64,000 nt of DNA from the human T2T-CHM13v2.0 reference genome, Homo sapiens. The position numbers and the translations under genes were made by a program. Under the pieces are notes generated by a model. It was given only the letters and a program-made list of their open reading frames with translations, did no database searches and was not told the DNA's origin. Shown piece after piece: positions 44,611 through 57,310 of this stretch (the first letter of the stretch is position 1; every line of letters starts with the position of its first letter). The DNA is taken from the NCBI RefSeq assembly GCF_009914755.1, contig NC_060934.1. One strand, written 5' to 3'.

Positions 44611-47343
44611 TGTTCATTAATTAAAATCTACAGAGACAATGGGCAGTTCTCATTTTATGTTACTTTTGATTTAGTAACTGTTCTTGTTTGACATTTCCTA
44701 TTGTAAGTATGGTGGGAAAAGCATCCACTGAATAGCAACCTCTCTAGATGCATTACATACAGTCTACATATCACATTCTAGTAACAATTTTTCAAGGTAG
44801 GCACTGACATGACTATTTCATTGAAAATAAGTTTCACTGAGGTTTAGTAGTTGCCTAAACCCACACATTTCAAGTGATAAATCTGTAGGCAATACTTAGA
44901 TCTGTAGAACTGTGAGGTCTATGCCTTTTTAAATTTTACTACTTCCTTCTTTACACTTGAACTTTGTATTGTTTCTATTTATTTCCAAGTAGAGCTAGGC
45001 ACAGTCAAGATTCTTAAACAATATTGATTGTCTTTAAGATGCAACGCATAAGAATACATGACATCTTAAAACAAGGCCACAGCTAAGCAAAATGGCAATT
45101 TATCAGGTTGAAATGAAGTGTTTATCTTCAATAAAAGCAGGCTGTAAAGGTCTGTCCAATGTTACATGTGCTTTTACAAAGGTTTATTTTCACTCCATGT
45201 GGAACAATTTCTTCCTAGGTTGGCTCCTTTGTCTCATCACCTTAATAGCTCATGTCTTGTGACAAGCAGCTGAGATTTGTCAGTAATAGCAATCTGAGTT
45301 CTCTCATTGCCCCACGTAAGAACGTCCAGCAAATCTTACATGGAGGACCCATGTTTGTCTGTTTCATATACTGAGATTTTAAGCATGATAGTATTTTCAT
45401 AAGGTGCTCCATAAAATTTAAAAAGAGGTTTACAAACCATTATCTGAATTAATATGTAGGACTTATGTAATTTTTGCATCTGTCTGATTTCTTAATATGG
45501 ACGAGGTCCAGATGATTACTTGATACCAAGATTGAACTAGCACCAAGGCACACCATTTTTGCTGGTCTCTGGAAATCTCCTTAGATTGTTTAAAGGTATA
45601 TGGCCCATAACATAAAAACTAGAGATTCAAGAAAAAGGTCAAGGCAAAAGGCCTGAGCCTATTCTATAGATTTTTTTAAATGGGAACAGAAATAATAGAA
45701 GGGGAAGACTTATTAGTTCAAATCCATTTTGTTTCAGATTATTGTACTTAAACCAAGCTCTTCCATGGAGTTAGCCTGATTTCTGACTGAGCTTCCCTCT
45801 TTACCTTGGGTATCTGTTGTACTTAAGACATGTGCTTGGCCTTGTACGGCAGGCACTTAAAATCATTCAGTCTCATCTTTGCCTTTAAGAAGCCAGAAGA
45901 TATGGAATTAAAGCCGGGGATGAGTTATGAGAATGCAGAGGGGAAAGATGAATCCCAGGAGTGTTTCATGGGTAGTAAAGACCTTCCCAAAGAGGAAACA
46001 TAACAAAAATATGGGTAAGTATATATAGGTCAGTATGGCTTGTCTGTACAAGGTGCTTAGATGGTGAGCATGAAGGAATCAGTAACAAGACAGGAAAGGT
46101 AGGTTAGGATCAGATTGTAAAGGCCCTGAATACTATGGAAAGTTTGGCCCAATATGAAGATGAGAAGATAACGTCAAGAGGTCTTCCCCAAATTGGCCAA
46201 GCCCATTTACCATCTTCTGATATAAAAATATCCTGATGGTCCCTTTGGCCCCTAGGAGATGCCTCATTGCCTCTGGGGGCACCCTTCCATCATGACTCCA
46301 TCTCCCAATAAAGGTGATTTTGATAAGGAAGGCTACAATATTCAGGGCTGTAATCATTAGACCCTCCTTGTTCATGTCAAAACTGTAGCACCTCTAAACT
46401 AGAGCTTAACCCTTGATCCTACCTTTCATTACTATCTCACTCCCAATCTGGCCTGGGGATGCATATTCAGTGTGTCCTGCTATCTCTGAAACCCCTCTGA
46501 CTCTGCACATTGAGGGTGAGTTACAGTAAAGCCTTCAGTCCCCTACTCTGCCATGGATCTCAAAATTCCACTGCAGAAACTAAACCTAGCAAATTGCCTG
46601 GAAGGGGAGGCCTTACACAACACTCAGAAAGTACACCAGACTTTTTTAATTCCATTTTTTTTTTTCTGGCCACAGTGTATTACAAAGAAGTAAAATGTTT
46701 AAATTTTTTAAAAGACAGGAAAACAAATTATATTTTCTGTATGTCACAAGGGGGAAAGGAAGAACAGAATGCAGAGACAAATGGGAAGATTCCTTTACTG
46801 TGTTTGTCTTGTTTTTTGGTTATATCCCTCTTTACAGCTGAGCTTTTATCTGTTCTGTACATCCCTGTGGGCAATGGGTCTGCAGAAACATCCAGGATTG
46901 GTCCCCATAGGGTTGGAAAGTATTCCTTTTAAAGGGCGACATCTGGACATACTAAAGTTACATTTTCATTTTCTAGCATGATGACTAATTTTGAAAGATT
47001 GGGAACCTGTGCTTTGAAAACACATTTTTCTCTCAACAGAAAAGATAGTGTGAGTAATAACACCCCACAAAAATTGATTATTTCAGCTATAAAATATGAG
47101 TTCCACAGAGAGGGATGATTTTGAGAATGAGATGAAGTTTTCAAAGATAAAAAGTATTTTCAGTCCAACTTTTTTCACTCTGCAACAAAGACACCATTAT
47201 CTCAATCATGTTTTCAGCAACTTACTTTTCCTTGTTGCAGCCGTGACACACTTCATGTTGAATGAATGTTCAAAAATTGTATTAAATCAACAAAGACTAC
47301 TACCAGCTTGAATGGCAACTACTCGCCTTAATTCTCAGTAATC

Positions 47344-47438
47344 AACTAATTAAATTTATTTATTTATTTAACTAATTAAATTTATTTATTTAACTAATTA
47401 AATTTATTTATTTAACTAATTAAATTTATTTATTTATT
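47344..47438. repeat. 22-bp AT-rich tandem repeat, 4 copies (AACTAATTAAATTTATTTATTT)
   Basis: Units start at 47344, 47370, 47392 and 47414. Confidence 0.95.
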
Positions 47439-47492
47439 CATTGGCTGCCTAAACAATTTTATGCAATGGAAAATGTAAAATAAATAATGATA

Positions 47493-47656
47493 TGTAATTT
47501 CTATTTCTAGAAGCTTATAGACATATGTATTTTCTATAATTAGAGACAATACACAGACATGTATTTCTTTAATTACAGACAATACATATCTCTACAAGCT
47601 TCTAGAAATAGAAATTACAGAGACATGTATTGTCTCTAATTACAGACAATACATGT
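47493..47656. repeat. Long imperfect inverted repeat with an adjacent short hairpin
   Basis: 50-bp arms 47493-47542 and 47570-47619 (4 mismatches); perfect 13-bp arms 47623-47635 and 47644-47656. Confidence 0.92.
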
Positions 47657-47732
47657 AGACAAATAACTATGACACAAACAGTATAGGACAGGGCACTGAG
47701 TGATTTAATTAATTAAATGCTGTGCTATAGAT

Positions 47733-48045
47733 CAGGGTTTATACCACAAATGGCTAGAGGATCTGAAAGAAATGAAGGGTAGATAAAGCTGGCCTATGAA
47801 AGAATCTATAGAGATTGGTGGGGATCGTGGCAAACTCCAGAGTATTTATACTACCTAAAAAGGGTAAGTTCTACTCACTTGAGCAAGAATATGGGCCATC
47901 TCTTGCCAGTCTTCCTATTTTTCAGAAGAACCCAAAGACGTGGATTTTTGTATGTAAAATAGCTTAAAAAATTACCCTAAATGAGTCTATAATGCACAAA
48001 CTGAATGAGATACATACTACAGACTACCACTTTTCGAATTCTTTT
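47733..48045. mobile_element. MER102 hAT-Charlie transposon
   Basis: tggtggggatcgtggcaaactccagag..ttgccagtcttcctatttttcagaagaa..ggatttttgtatgtaaaat. Confidence 0.7.
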
Positions 48046-48644
48046 TAGAGCCATTTAGAGAAGGAAGTAATTATGTTGTAAAAGATGAAAGTATGGGTTT
48101 TAAAATCAGGCAGCAATGACCTAAAGCAAGCTACTTAACTTATAAAACCATCCCTAAAATAACAGGTAATTCTTAGGATAGCTGTGAAGATTAAATGATA
48201 GAACACATAAAAATTATTAATTAGGATTACTTAAAATTAAAAATTGAATAATAGTTTCTCTCTCGCCAGTGCTCGCTCGCTCTCTCTCTCACACACACAC
48301 ACTTAAAATGGAAACAATGTTGTAAAAATCTTGAAAGCAGGAAGACCTATGGCTTCTGTATCTATCTTCCAATTGTATGATAATAACAAATGCAGAGTAG
48401 ATGTTGAATTAAACTGACCACTAAATTCAAACCCTCTATTATAGGTCTCACTTCCTATTTGTGGGAGGGGGCAGGAGAGGAAATAACTAAGATTTATTCA
48501 AATACTAGTTTTACACTTTTATACTTATATACCTTTTGTACACTAAACAATTATTATCTTATAGAAGTTATATTTTCACCTTTCATTAAAAATAACTGAG
48601 CAATTTTTTTTACCGAAGTCTAGTATGATAATTTTTTCTCTTTT

Positions 48645-49205
48645 ATTCTTTTTTATAACTTTGTTTTCTAATTGACATATATTAATTGCATATATATGAG
48701 GCACAATGTAATGTTTTTATATATGTTTACATTGTGGAATGGCTAAATCAAGCTAAGTAACACATCCATCACCTCATATACTTATTTTTTCATGTGGTGG
48801 GTGGGAACATTTAAAATGTACTCTTACAGCAATTGTGAAATCTAAGAAGTTGAATTCATTGAAGTGGAAAGTAGAAAGAGTAGAATGATGATTACCAATG
48901 GCTGGGGTAGGAAGATGAGGAATGGGGAGCTGTTGTCCAAGGGTAGAAAGTTTTCTTCTACCCTTGTTTTCCTGGCATCTACTTCTAGTTAGTTTCATTA
49001 TCTGTAAAAATATTATTCTTTTTCTAATAACTTTGTTTTTAAATGTTTTACAGCTTTAATGAGCTATAAATGACATAAAATAAATTGTTTATATTTACAG
49101 CTTTACTGAGCTATAAATGGCATTCTTCTACAAGAAGAATGACTTTTAGAGATCTATGCACAGCACCATGACTACAGTTAATAATAACATATTCAAAATT
49201 GCTAA
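48645..49205 (-). mobile_element. L1MA 3' end with internal inversion (minus 48645-48834, plus 48834-49205)
   Basis: Minus part aattgaca..ttaaaatgtactcttacagcaatt; plus part aatctaagaagttgaa..agagtagaatgatgattacc..aaaattgctaa. Confidence 0.8.
48964..49082 (+). repeat. ~120-bp direct copy of 50512-50631
   Basis: ttgttttcctggcatctacttctagttagtttcattatctgtaa..gagctataaatgacataaaata; about 5 differences between the copies. Confidence 0.95.
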
Positions 49206-49930
49206 CTTCCTAGAGCTTAGGTCAGATTCAGGTTTGATTTTGTTATTTGTGTAGTTGTAAGACTATTTTTAGATGAACTTCCGTCTGGAAATGCATAATG
49301 TATAGTTATTTATGTTTTTGTGATGGTAGCAGCCACTGATGATCAATGCCTGGAACCATTAATTCATTAGGGATTGCAGAATAGTCATATGATAATTGTA
49401 TCATTCCTTCTTCATCTGTTAGCTGAAATTCTTCAAAGAAGAAATTTTCTCATGAACTCTTTTGTCACCCTGATCTATAAATCTTACCAGAAAGACAAGA
49501 TAAAGCTTGATGGTTTTCTTTAATTACCAGTTTTTAAAATGATGAATGGTTCCCTACCATCTTGAAAAGGTCAAAAACTAGTTTATTGATTTTATCATTG
49601 TTGCCATGATTAATATTATCATTATGAACTGCTGGATTCAAACATGTTTAATGTCTTGCAGTCCACTGCAGTTATCCTTACTGATGGACAAGGTTCCCCC
49701 TGTTTGGTCAGTAGAATCTAATTCAGATTGGCTGCTAAATCCTTTTGCCATCACCCTAGTTGACTTTGGTATCTTTTCTGCTTTCTGTATCATAAAATAC
49801 CCCAGGATCACCTTGTATACTTTCTGCTGCGACCTCCAGAATCAGCTACTTTTACCTTTACTTCCGGTTCCTTTTAATGGAAAATGACATCGAGAAACCA
49901 CAATTTGTGTATTTGAGATACTCATTCCTA
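49206..49930 (-). mobile_element. L1MC4/5-like 3'UTR
   Basis: tgatggtagcagccactgatgatcaatgcctgga..attaattcattagggattgcag. Confidence 0.6.
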
Positions 49931-50582
49931 CTAAGTTGATTCTCTTCTTCCTTTTCCTCCTCTTACTCCTCTTTCTCCTTCTACTTCCTATTTTTGGAAT
50001 AAATCTCAATGTTTTCTGTTATAAAGTAATTTTTCGCAAGGACAAACCACACTCTTTCAATATGTAGGTTCAAAACATAATTTTTTTAATTCCAAGAAGT
50101 TTTCCTGACTTATGGTGATTAGAATTTGTTCTCTTCCATTCCTTTGAATTTATCCTTTAGTGACTCAAAACATATGTATAATTTTTCTTCTTTACCTATA
50201 TTCTTTTCCTGTCACTTTCACACAAATCCTTTTGGTCTGTTTTTCTATTTTTCAAAATTCTTCTTTTTCATCTTCTAAGGAATTATCTTTGGATCTATTT
50301 ACTCACATATTTTTTTCTAGTTTAGTTTTTATTTCTGAATTTTTTATTTTGTATTATTTTCTGAGTTCCACAAACTCTTGATCTAATCTTCCTTTCCTCT
50401 GATCACCTCATTTCTGAATTTTGATAATTCTGATATATGCTTTTTTTCATAGCTTCTGTAACTTCTTAAATTTCTTCTTGTTCAGTTTTGAATATTAGGT
50501 AAGATTTCCATTTGTTTTCCTGGCATCTACTTCTAGTTAGTTTCATTATCTGTAAGAATATTATTCTTTTTCTAATAACTTA

Positions 50583-53045
50583 GTTTTTAATTGTTTTACA
50601 GCTTTAAAAGAGCTATAAATGACATAAAATAGTGTATAGTATAAATGTAAAATTTGATAAGTTTTGACATATAAGCATGAAGCATTGACCATAATTAAGG
50701 TGATAAATATTATCTATCACCCATAAATGATTTTTCATGTGCTTTTGTCATCTGTCTTTCTACTCCCACCCCACTAAAGGTAACCACTAATCTGCTGTCA
50801 TATTAGTTTGGATTTATATGAATAGATCATACTCCTCTTAATTCTTACACTCAGGATGATTATTTTAATATTGATCTACATTTTTACATTTATGAATAGT
50901 TCTTTTTCTTTTATAGTTGAGTAGAATCTCATTGTATGCATATGCCAGAATTTGTTTATACCTATTTGCCTACTGATGGACACTTCGGATCTCATTTTTA
51001 GCTATTATAATTAAAGCTGCTATAGACATTCATATACAAGTATTTATGTAGATACATGCTCTGATTTCTCTTTGGTAGTTACTAGTTGTGGAAGAGCTGG
51101 GTCCTATGCTAGGCATATGTTTAATGTTTAAAAAAACTACCAAAAGTCTTCTAGAGCTTTTGTGTTCTTTTACATTCCTATCAGTTCCAATTTCTCCACA
51201 TCTCTGCCAACATGTATTATGATCAATCTGCTTAATTTTAGCCATTCTAGTAAGTGTGTAGTGGTATCTCATTGTGGTTTTAACTTGTATTTCCCTAATG
51301 ACTAATATTGAACATCTTTTCTTGTGCCAACTTTCCATCGATATATTTCTTTTGGTAAAGGGTTTTTACAACTCTTTTGTTCATTTTTTAACTGATTCTT
51401 TTGTCTTATTACTGAGTTTCAAGTGCTTTTTATATACATTCTAGAGACAAGCTCTGTATGATGTATGTGATTTTTTTAATCTTTTATTTCAATCTGTGAT
51501 TTGTCTTTTTATTTTCACAAAAGTATCTTTCAAAAACTGGAAGTTTAACTTTGATGAAGTCAAGTTGTTATTTTTTAATTGTAGAATTTGTGCTTTTTGT
51601 GCCTCATTTTAAGAACCTTTGCCAAACCAAAGGTAACTAATAGTTTTTCCTAATTTTATTTCTAGAAGTTTTGTGATTTTAGCAAACATATTTGGGTCTA
51701 TGACTCATTTCAGTGTAATTTTTATGTAGTATGAGCTAACAGTTAACATTCATGTTTTTGCTTATTGGATATTAAGTTTTTCCCAGAGCCACTTGTATAA
51801 AAGATTATCCTATTCCCATTAGATAACCTTGGCTCCTTTGTGGAAAACCAGTTAACCATATGTACGTAGACCTATTTCTAGACACTCCATGGTGTTATAT
51901 CTGTATTTCTAATTTTATACCAATACCACACTGTCTTGATAACTGTAGCTTTATGATATGCATTGTAATCAGATTGTGTAAGATCTCTAATTTTGTTCCC
52001 TTTCAAATTGCCTAGGTTATAACAGGCCTTTTCCATTTTGCTATAAGTGTTTAATAAGTTTATTGATTTCTATAAAAATTATCCTGAAAGAACCTATAGA
52101 TCAATTTGGGGAAAATTGACATCTTAACAAAATGTAATATTTTTGATCCATGAACATGGTATATATCCACAATTTAGGTCTTCTTTAATTCCTCTCAGTA
52201 ATATTTTGAAATTTTTGCCTAACAGGTCCTGCATATATGTGGTTGAATTTATACTTAAATAGTTCATGATTTGCTTGTTTGTTGTTTTGTGTGTGTGTAT
52301 GTGTGTGCTATTGCACATAGTGCTGCTTTCTAAATTTTAACTTGAAAATTTTTATTGCTACAGACAATTGACTTTGTATTCTGCAACCGTGCTGAACTCA
52401 TTCATCAATTCTTGTAGCCTTTTGTAGATCTCTTGGAATCTTATACACAGATAATAATGTCACCTATGACAAGAAACAGATTTATTATTTCATACTCTCC
52501 CTCTTTTTTTTTCTTTCTGCATATTTTAAATTTTATTTTTCTTGCCTGACTGCTCTAAAACTAGTATCATGTTACAAAGGAGTGGTGAAGGTAGACATCT
52601 TTAATTTGTGTAAATCTTAGGAAAAAAGTATTCAATCTTTTACCATTACACAATAGGTTTTAAAAGATATCCTTTATCATCTTAAGGAATTTCTTTTCTA
52701 GTCTTATGTTACTGACAGTTTTTATCATTACTGAGGTTTGATTTTTTTTCAAATGATTTTTCTTTATCTATTAAGATAATCATATGGTTTTCCCTTTTAA
52801 GTTTGTTATGGTGATTTATATTAATTTGTTTTTGAATGTTGAAATAACATTGCATTCCTCAGGTAAGCCATACTTAACCATGATATATTATTCTTTTACA
52901 TATTGTTATACTTGACTTGGCACTATTTTGCTGAGTGTTTTAGCATTAATATTTATGAAGGATATTGTGCTGCAGGTTTATTTTCTTATAATTTCTTGGT
53001 CTGCTTTTGGTATGAGGTTAATTGTGATCTCCTAAAGTGAATTTA
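50583..53045 (-). mobile_element. L1MB7/8-like 3' 2.4 kb (3'UTR and ORF2)
   Basis: acagcttt..ttgataagttttgacatat 3' end; ORF 51030-51338 KRCS..IREIQVKTTMRYHYT..RMAKIK is L1 ORF2p. Confidence 0.85.
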
Positions 53046-53089
53046 GTTTCCATAGCAGATTTGAAATTTTTTTAAAAAAATTGGAAATT

Positions 53090-53660
53090 GTCAGGATTTT
53101 AGAAGAATAAAAAGAAAAGTAGCAGGCATTCTGAGTTGTAGTAGATAACAGCAAAAATGTAGCTATGGGAATGCTGAGGCCAATTCAGGGGACAATGAGA
53201 AAGCAAGTCTGGTCTAAGAGGAAGTATGGGAGAGGGTTGGAAGAGAAAATTGGGCTGGTACTATTTGAACTTTGGGTTCCAGCTTGATTACTAACTGCAT
53301 GACCTTAAATAAGTGACAACCTCCTTAAGCCTCATATTTGTCGCCTCTAATATAAGGATAACAATATCCCTTCTTCATAGGATAAAATGAGATAAAGAAC
53401 CAAGCCTAGCGTTGGGCACATGTTAAATGTTCAGCACATGTTTATGATGATGATGGTAGAGATAATAATGATAATGGGATTAATACTGTGTCATCAATGC
53501 CCAGCTATAAACCAAGGTGTTAGAATTCTGTTCCATAGATGATAGGGAACTACTAAAGGGGAGAGTGTTAATGATCAAATTGACTCTTTATGAAGATGAA
53601 TTTGACTATGTCTTCAAAATGGGCTAGGAGATGTAGATCAGAGGGGCAGGAAATAAAGCC
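53090..53660. mobile_element. L2 (minus) interrupted by MIR (plus, 53260-53450)
   Basis: gggttccagc..catgaccttaaataagtgacaacctcc..; the flanks are purine-rich and L2-like. Confidence 0.55.
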
Positions 53661-54220
53661 AAAATTTTCTGTCTAATAAAAGTTCCGACATGGAAAAAAA
53701 AAAAGCATGGAGAAAAAACAATAATGTACATTTTTCTCTCCAACGAGAACACTGTTTTTCTACCTGAGGTTTTGTCCTGGTTGAGCATATATACATTTGG
53801 ATATTTTCCTACCAACTCAGAATCAATATCAAATTATCTTTTTCTCTAAGATTTGGAATTCTTATCCTGTGATGTAGTCAACTATAGACAGTATAATTGG
53901 AATCAAATAAATAGAGATTTGAGACTGATTATCAGGTACTTAATGTTCTTGTTCAAACCAATACGACAAGGACTGAAGAGAGGAGTATAGGACAGGGTAT
54001 ACTTTGCCTAAACAAAAAATTTTCTAATCACTTCCTAGAGCACTGTTTGCTTATGAAGTATAACCTTGTTTAGCCACACTGAGAAGGAGCTCACCAGTCT
54101 GATGGGACCAATTAATGAGGCCAAACTGGCAAAGACTTAAGACAGCCGCTTTCTATAGCTGACTAGGAGGAAATAAACATACTCAGTTTAGGAACAGTAG
54201 TTCAACTTTCTTTTTGCCAG

Positions 54221-54291
54221 ATAGTCGTTAATGCACAAGATGGCCATTTAATTCATCAAGATGGCTGCTTTGATATTTTCTCCATTAATAG
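54221..54291 (+). other. Candidate internal exon (71 nt), possibly lncRNA
   Basis: Acceptor caactttctttttgccag| and donor AG|gtatga in non-repeat sequence. Confidence 0.3.
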
Positions 54292-55808
54292 GTATGAGTT
54301 TTTACTGAATTGCCTACAAATCTCTTGGATCACCTTTCCACCAAAAGTATATGTTTCTGAACTGGAAAACTGAAAAAAACAATAACAGTCTGTGTATAGT
54401 CAGTAGAGCTGGTCTGTGTCTAAGAAACCAAGTGGACAATAAATGGCCTGCATCACTACCCTACTGTGACATTGCCTTCGAAATTGAAATTTGATCTGGC
54501 TTCCTTGGGACTTGGACTGTATCTCTGCGGATCCTTTTAAACCTTATCTCCTAGTGCCAAAACATACCACCACCCTTTCCCCAAACCACTGGCAAAGTCA
54601 AAAATTACAAAAGATACCTTTTCATCCTCGATCTGAGCCAGCTATTATTCTACCCACTATTCTAGTCCCAAACTAATCTTTGTTCATTTAATCTACAAAC
54701 ATTTATAGAAGTTTACATCTGTGCCAGGGATCTTGTTTGACCCAAGAGATAGATCCCAACATTCCCAGGACTGGTGTGTAGCTCAGTTTCATACATTTGT
54801 TCCAGCCCATATGTTCTTCATTCATGTTTCCAGTCTTCAAGCCGGCAATTCCACATCTTTATCCTCCATGATAGTAAGAGCTTGCCTTATTTCCCTAATC
54901 ATTTTGTACCTAGTTCCTAAGAGAAACCACAATTGTTGCTCTGAATTTCCCTTTCCTAATTAACACGGTGATAAAAGTCCAAATACTCTCATAGCTCAAC
55001 AAAATGTGGGTCTGTAAGGACATCTTATTTACTTAGAAACAAATGGCATTTTAATCCGTAGAACATTTTGTGTTAGAATGGTTATCCTTTTAGTTATTGT
55101 TTCTACTGTCAGAAAAAATATATATTCTAGAAACACTAGTTATTACTGCTCAGTAAAAAAAGGGTTTGAGGTCTTCTGAATTATTAGTTATAACAAACTA
55201 TTCCCTGAGTTCATGCTATTGTATTGTGTTTAAAACGATAATCTTTTCAAAAATTAGCGTTATTGTTAATTTGTGGAATCATAATAAAATCTGGTGCATA
55301 ATTCTAAATAGGCAGGCAAAAGAACAGCCCACTCCAGGAAGGAGACCGGCCTCGCCCCTGTGTCTGAAAGCCAGCAGCTGTGGAGCTGGGGGAGCAATAA
55401 ATAAGAAAGAGTCTATGGAGAGGACAGAGACAGCATTCAACTCAGCAGAGCCCAGCCTTGCTGTGACATGATATGATCTGGAAGAAATGTGACCTGTATT
55501 CCACATTGACCACCCTTGCTCCTCCCCATCCTGTAGAAGACGACCTGCATCTCGGGTAAATTCTGTTAGAAGAGTGAAGCCAGGGATGCAGCAAGCCGGC
55601 ACAGCTGGGCAGAAAAGCAGTGAACTGAGTCTCATCCCACAAGAGGGAGCTCTCGGTTCCGCACAGCTTTAAGTGACTGCACCTGATGCAACTACCCAAG
55701 CAAATCCTTCACGTGGATTTCTGCTGCCATACTTTCGTTACTGAAACACCATTTTATCATACTTCGTACAATCAGGAAAGATCTGTGTCTCCTCTCCCTT
55801 CTTTGCAG

Positions 55809-55856
55809 TTTGTCTCTACAGTGTAAGAAGCTGGAAGGTCCTTATAATTTCTCTGG
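55809..55856 (+). other. Candidate internal exon (48 nt)
   Basis: Acceptor ctcctctcccttctttgcag| and donor GG|gtaaga. Confidence 0.3.
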
Positions 55857-56189
55857 GTAAGATTTGGTTTGAATTAAAGCTAAGAGAAGGACAGGGACAT
55901 AAGAGATGTTCGTGTGAAGAAGGCAAAGGGACTTGTTTGTGTTTCTGCCGGAAGACAGGGAGCCTACTGTTCTTTGGGTTAAGGAGAGCAACCATGATGA
56001 CTCACAGTAAACATTTCCAATGACAGAGCCCCAGGTTCTGGAATCCAGATCCTCTTCTCAAGTTTCCCCTCACCATATCCTTGTCAAATAAAAATAAGTA
56101 AAATCTTCCATGTTATAATCCTTTAGGGGAAGAACACTTCCCTTCGTGACTAGAGGCCATGTATGCAGGATGCTAGACACCACTCAAAG

Positions 56190-57182
56190 CTATCACCTCC
56201 CATTCAATCCATCAGTGAAGCTTGCCAGTTCTAGTTTTGAAGTATATCTGGAATATGACCACTTTTCACCCTTACCACCTCCTCTGCCAGCACCTGGACT
56301 GAGTCACCATCTCTTACTTGAATTATTGCTTTTGCCTCCTTTCTGAGTGCTCAGTTTTCAAACTTGCCCCTATAGTTTATTGTCTATTTTAAAACCAGAA
56401 TGATCCCATCACAGTGTAAATCCAATTTTGTGACTCCTTTGCCCAGCATGTTCCAATGATCCCCTCTTTCTCAGAATAAAATCCAAGGTCCTTGCCTTGG
56501 CTTCGGATGTCCTACATGATCTGGCCCTCTCATCACTCTGATCTTGCTTCCTATCAGTTTCTAACTTGGCAAATTTACCCTGGCCTGGAACATTCTAACA
56601 CCCTCCTGCCTGAGAACCTAGATACTCACTGTTCTCCCTGTCTAGAAGTTTCTTCTCCCAGATAGCTAATGGAGAACTGCCTTATTAGGCAGAGGGAACA
56701 GTGACTCCTCTCTCCCTTGGTCACTTTTTTGCTCCAGCCACTCCTTACTGGAGGCACTGCCCCTGCTGATCCTCAAATGTGTGGAGCCTCATGCCTCAGG
56801 GCCTTTGCCTTTGCTGTCCATTCTCCTTGGAACATGCTTCTCCCAGATATTTGGGCAGGTTACTGCCTTGCACTTGCACTGCACTGCCTTGGTCTCTGCC
56901 CAAATGTTACAGTCTGAGAAAAGCTCACCTGACCCTGATTTCCAAAAAGGACCACTTTGTTTCTCATCTTTTCTTTTTTACTTTGTTTTGCTTTGCTTCT
57001 TAGCACTTATTACCATCTGATATATTATTCTATGTTTACCTGCTTTATTGCCCTCCCCCCTGCAATAGAATCTAAACTCCCACAAGTACTGGAACTATAT
57101 CTTTTTTGTGTGGTCATCATGTCATTTATGAAAGGAGTGATTAATAAGTATTTGTTAAATAAATGGGTTGAGAGATGAATGA
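56190..57182 (+). mobile_element. L2 3' region
   Basis: cccattcaatccatcag..; tcagggcctttgcctttgctgtcc..; taataagtatttgttaaataaatg end. Confidence 0.8.
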
Positions 57183-57194
57183 GTAGCCCTAATG

Positions 57195-57310
57195 AAACAG
57201 GAATAAATATCCACATCTTACAGATGAGAAATGAACAGACTGCCAACCCAACACAGCCAGCAACCAGTACAGATGAGATCCAAATCCAAGTCCATGCTCT
57301 TAACCACAGA
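57195..57310 (-). mobile_element. MIR
   Basis: catcttacagatgagaaa..catgctcttaaccac. Confidence 0.7.
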
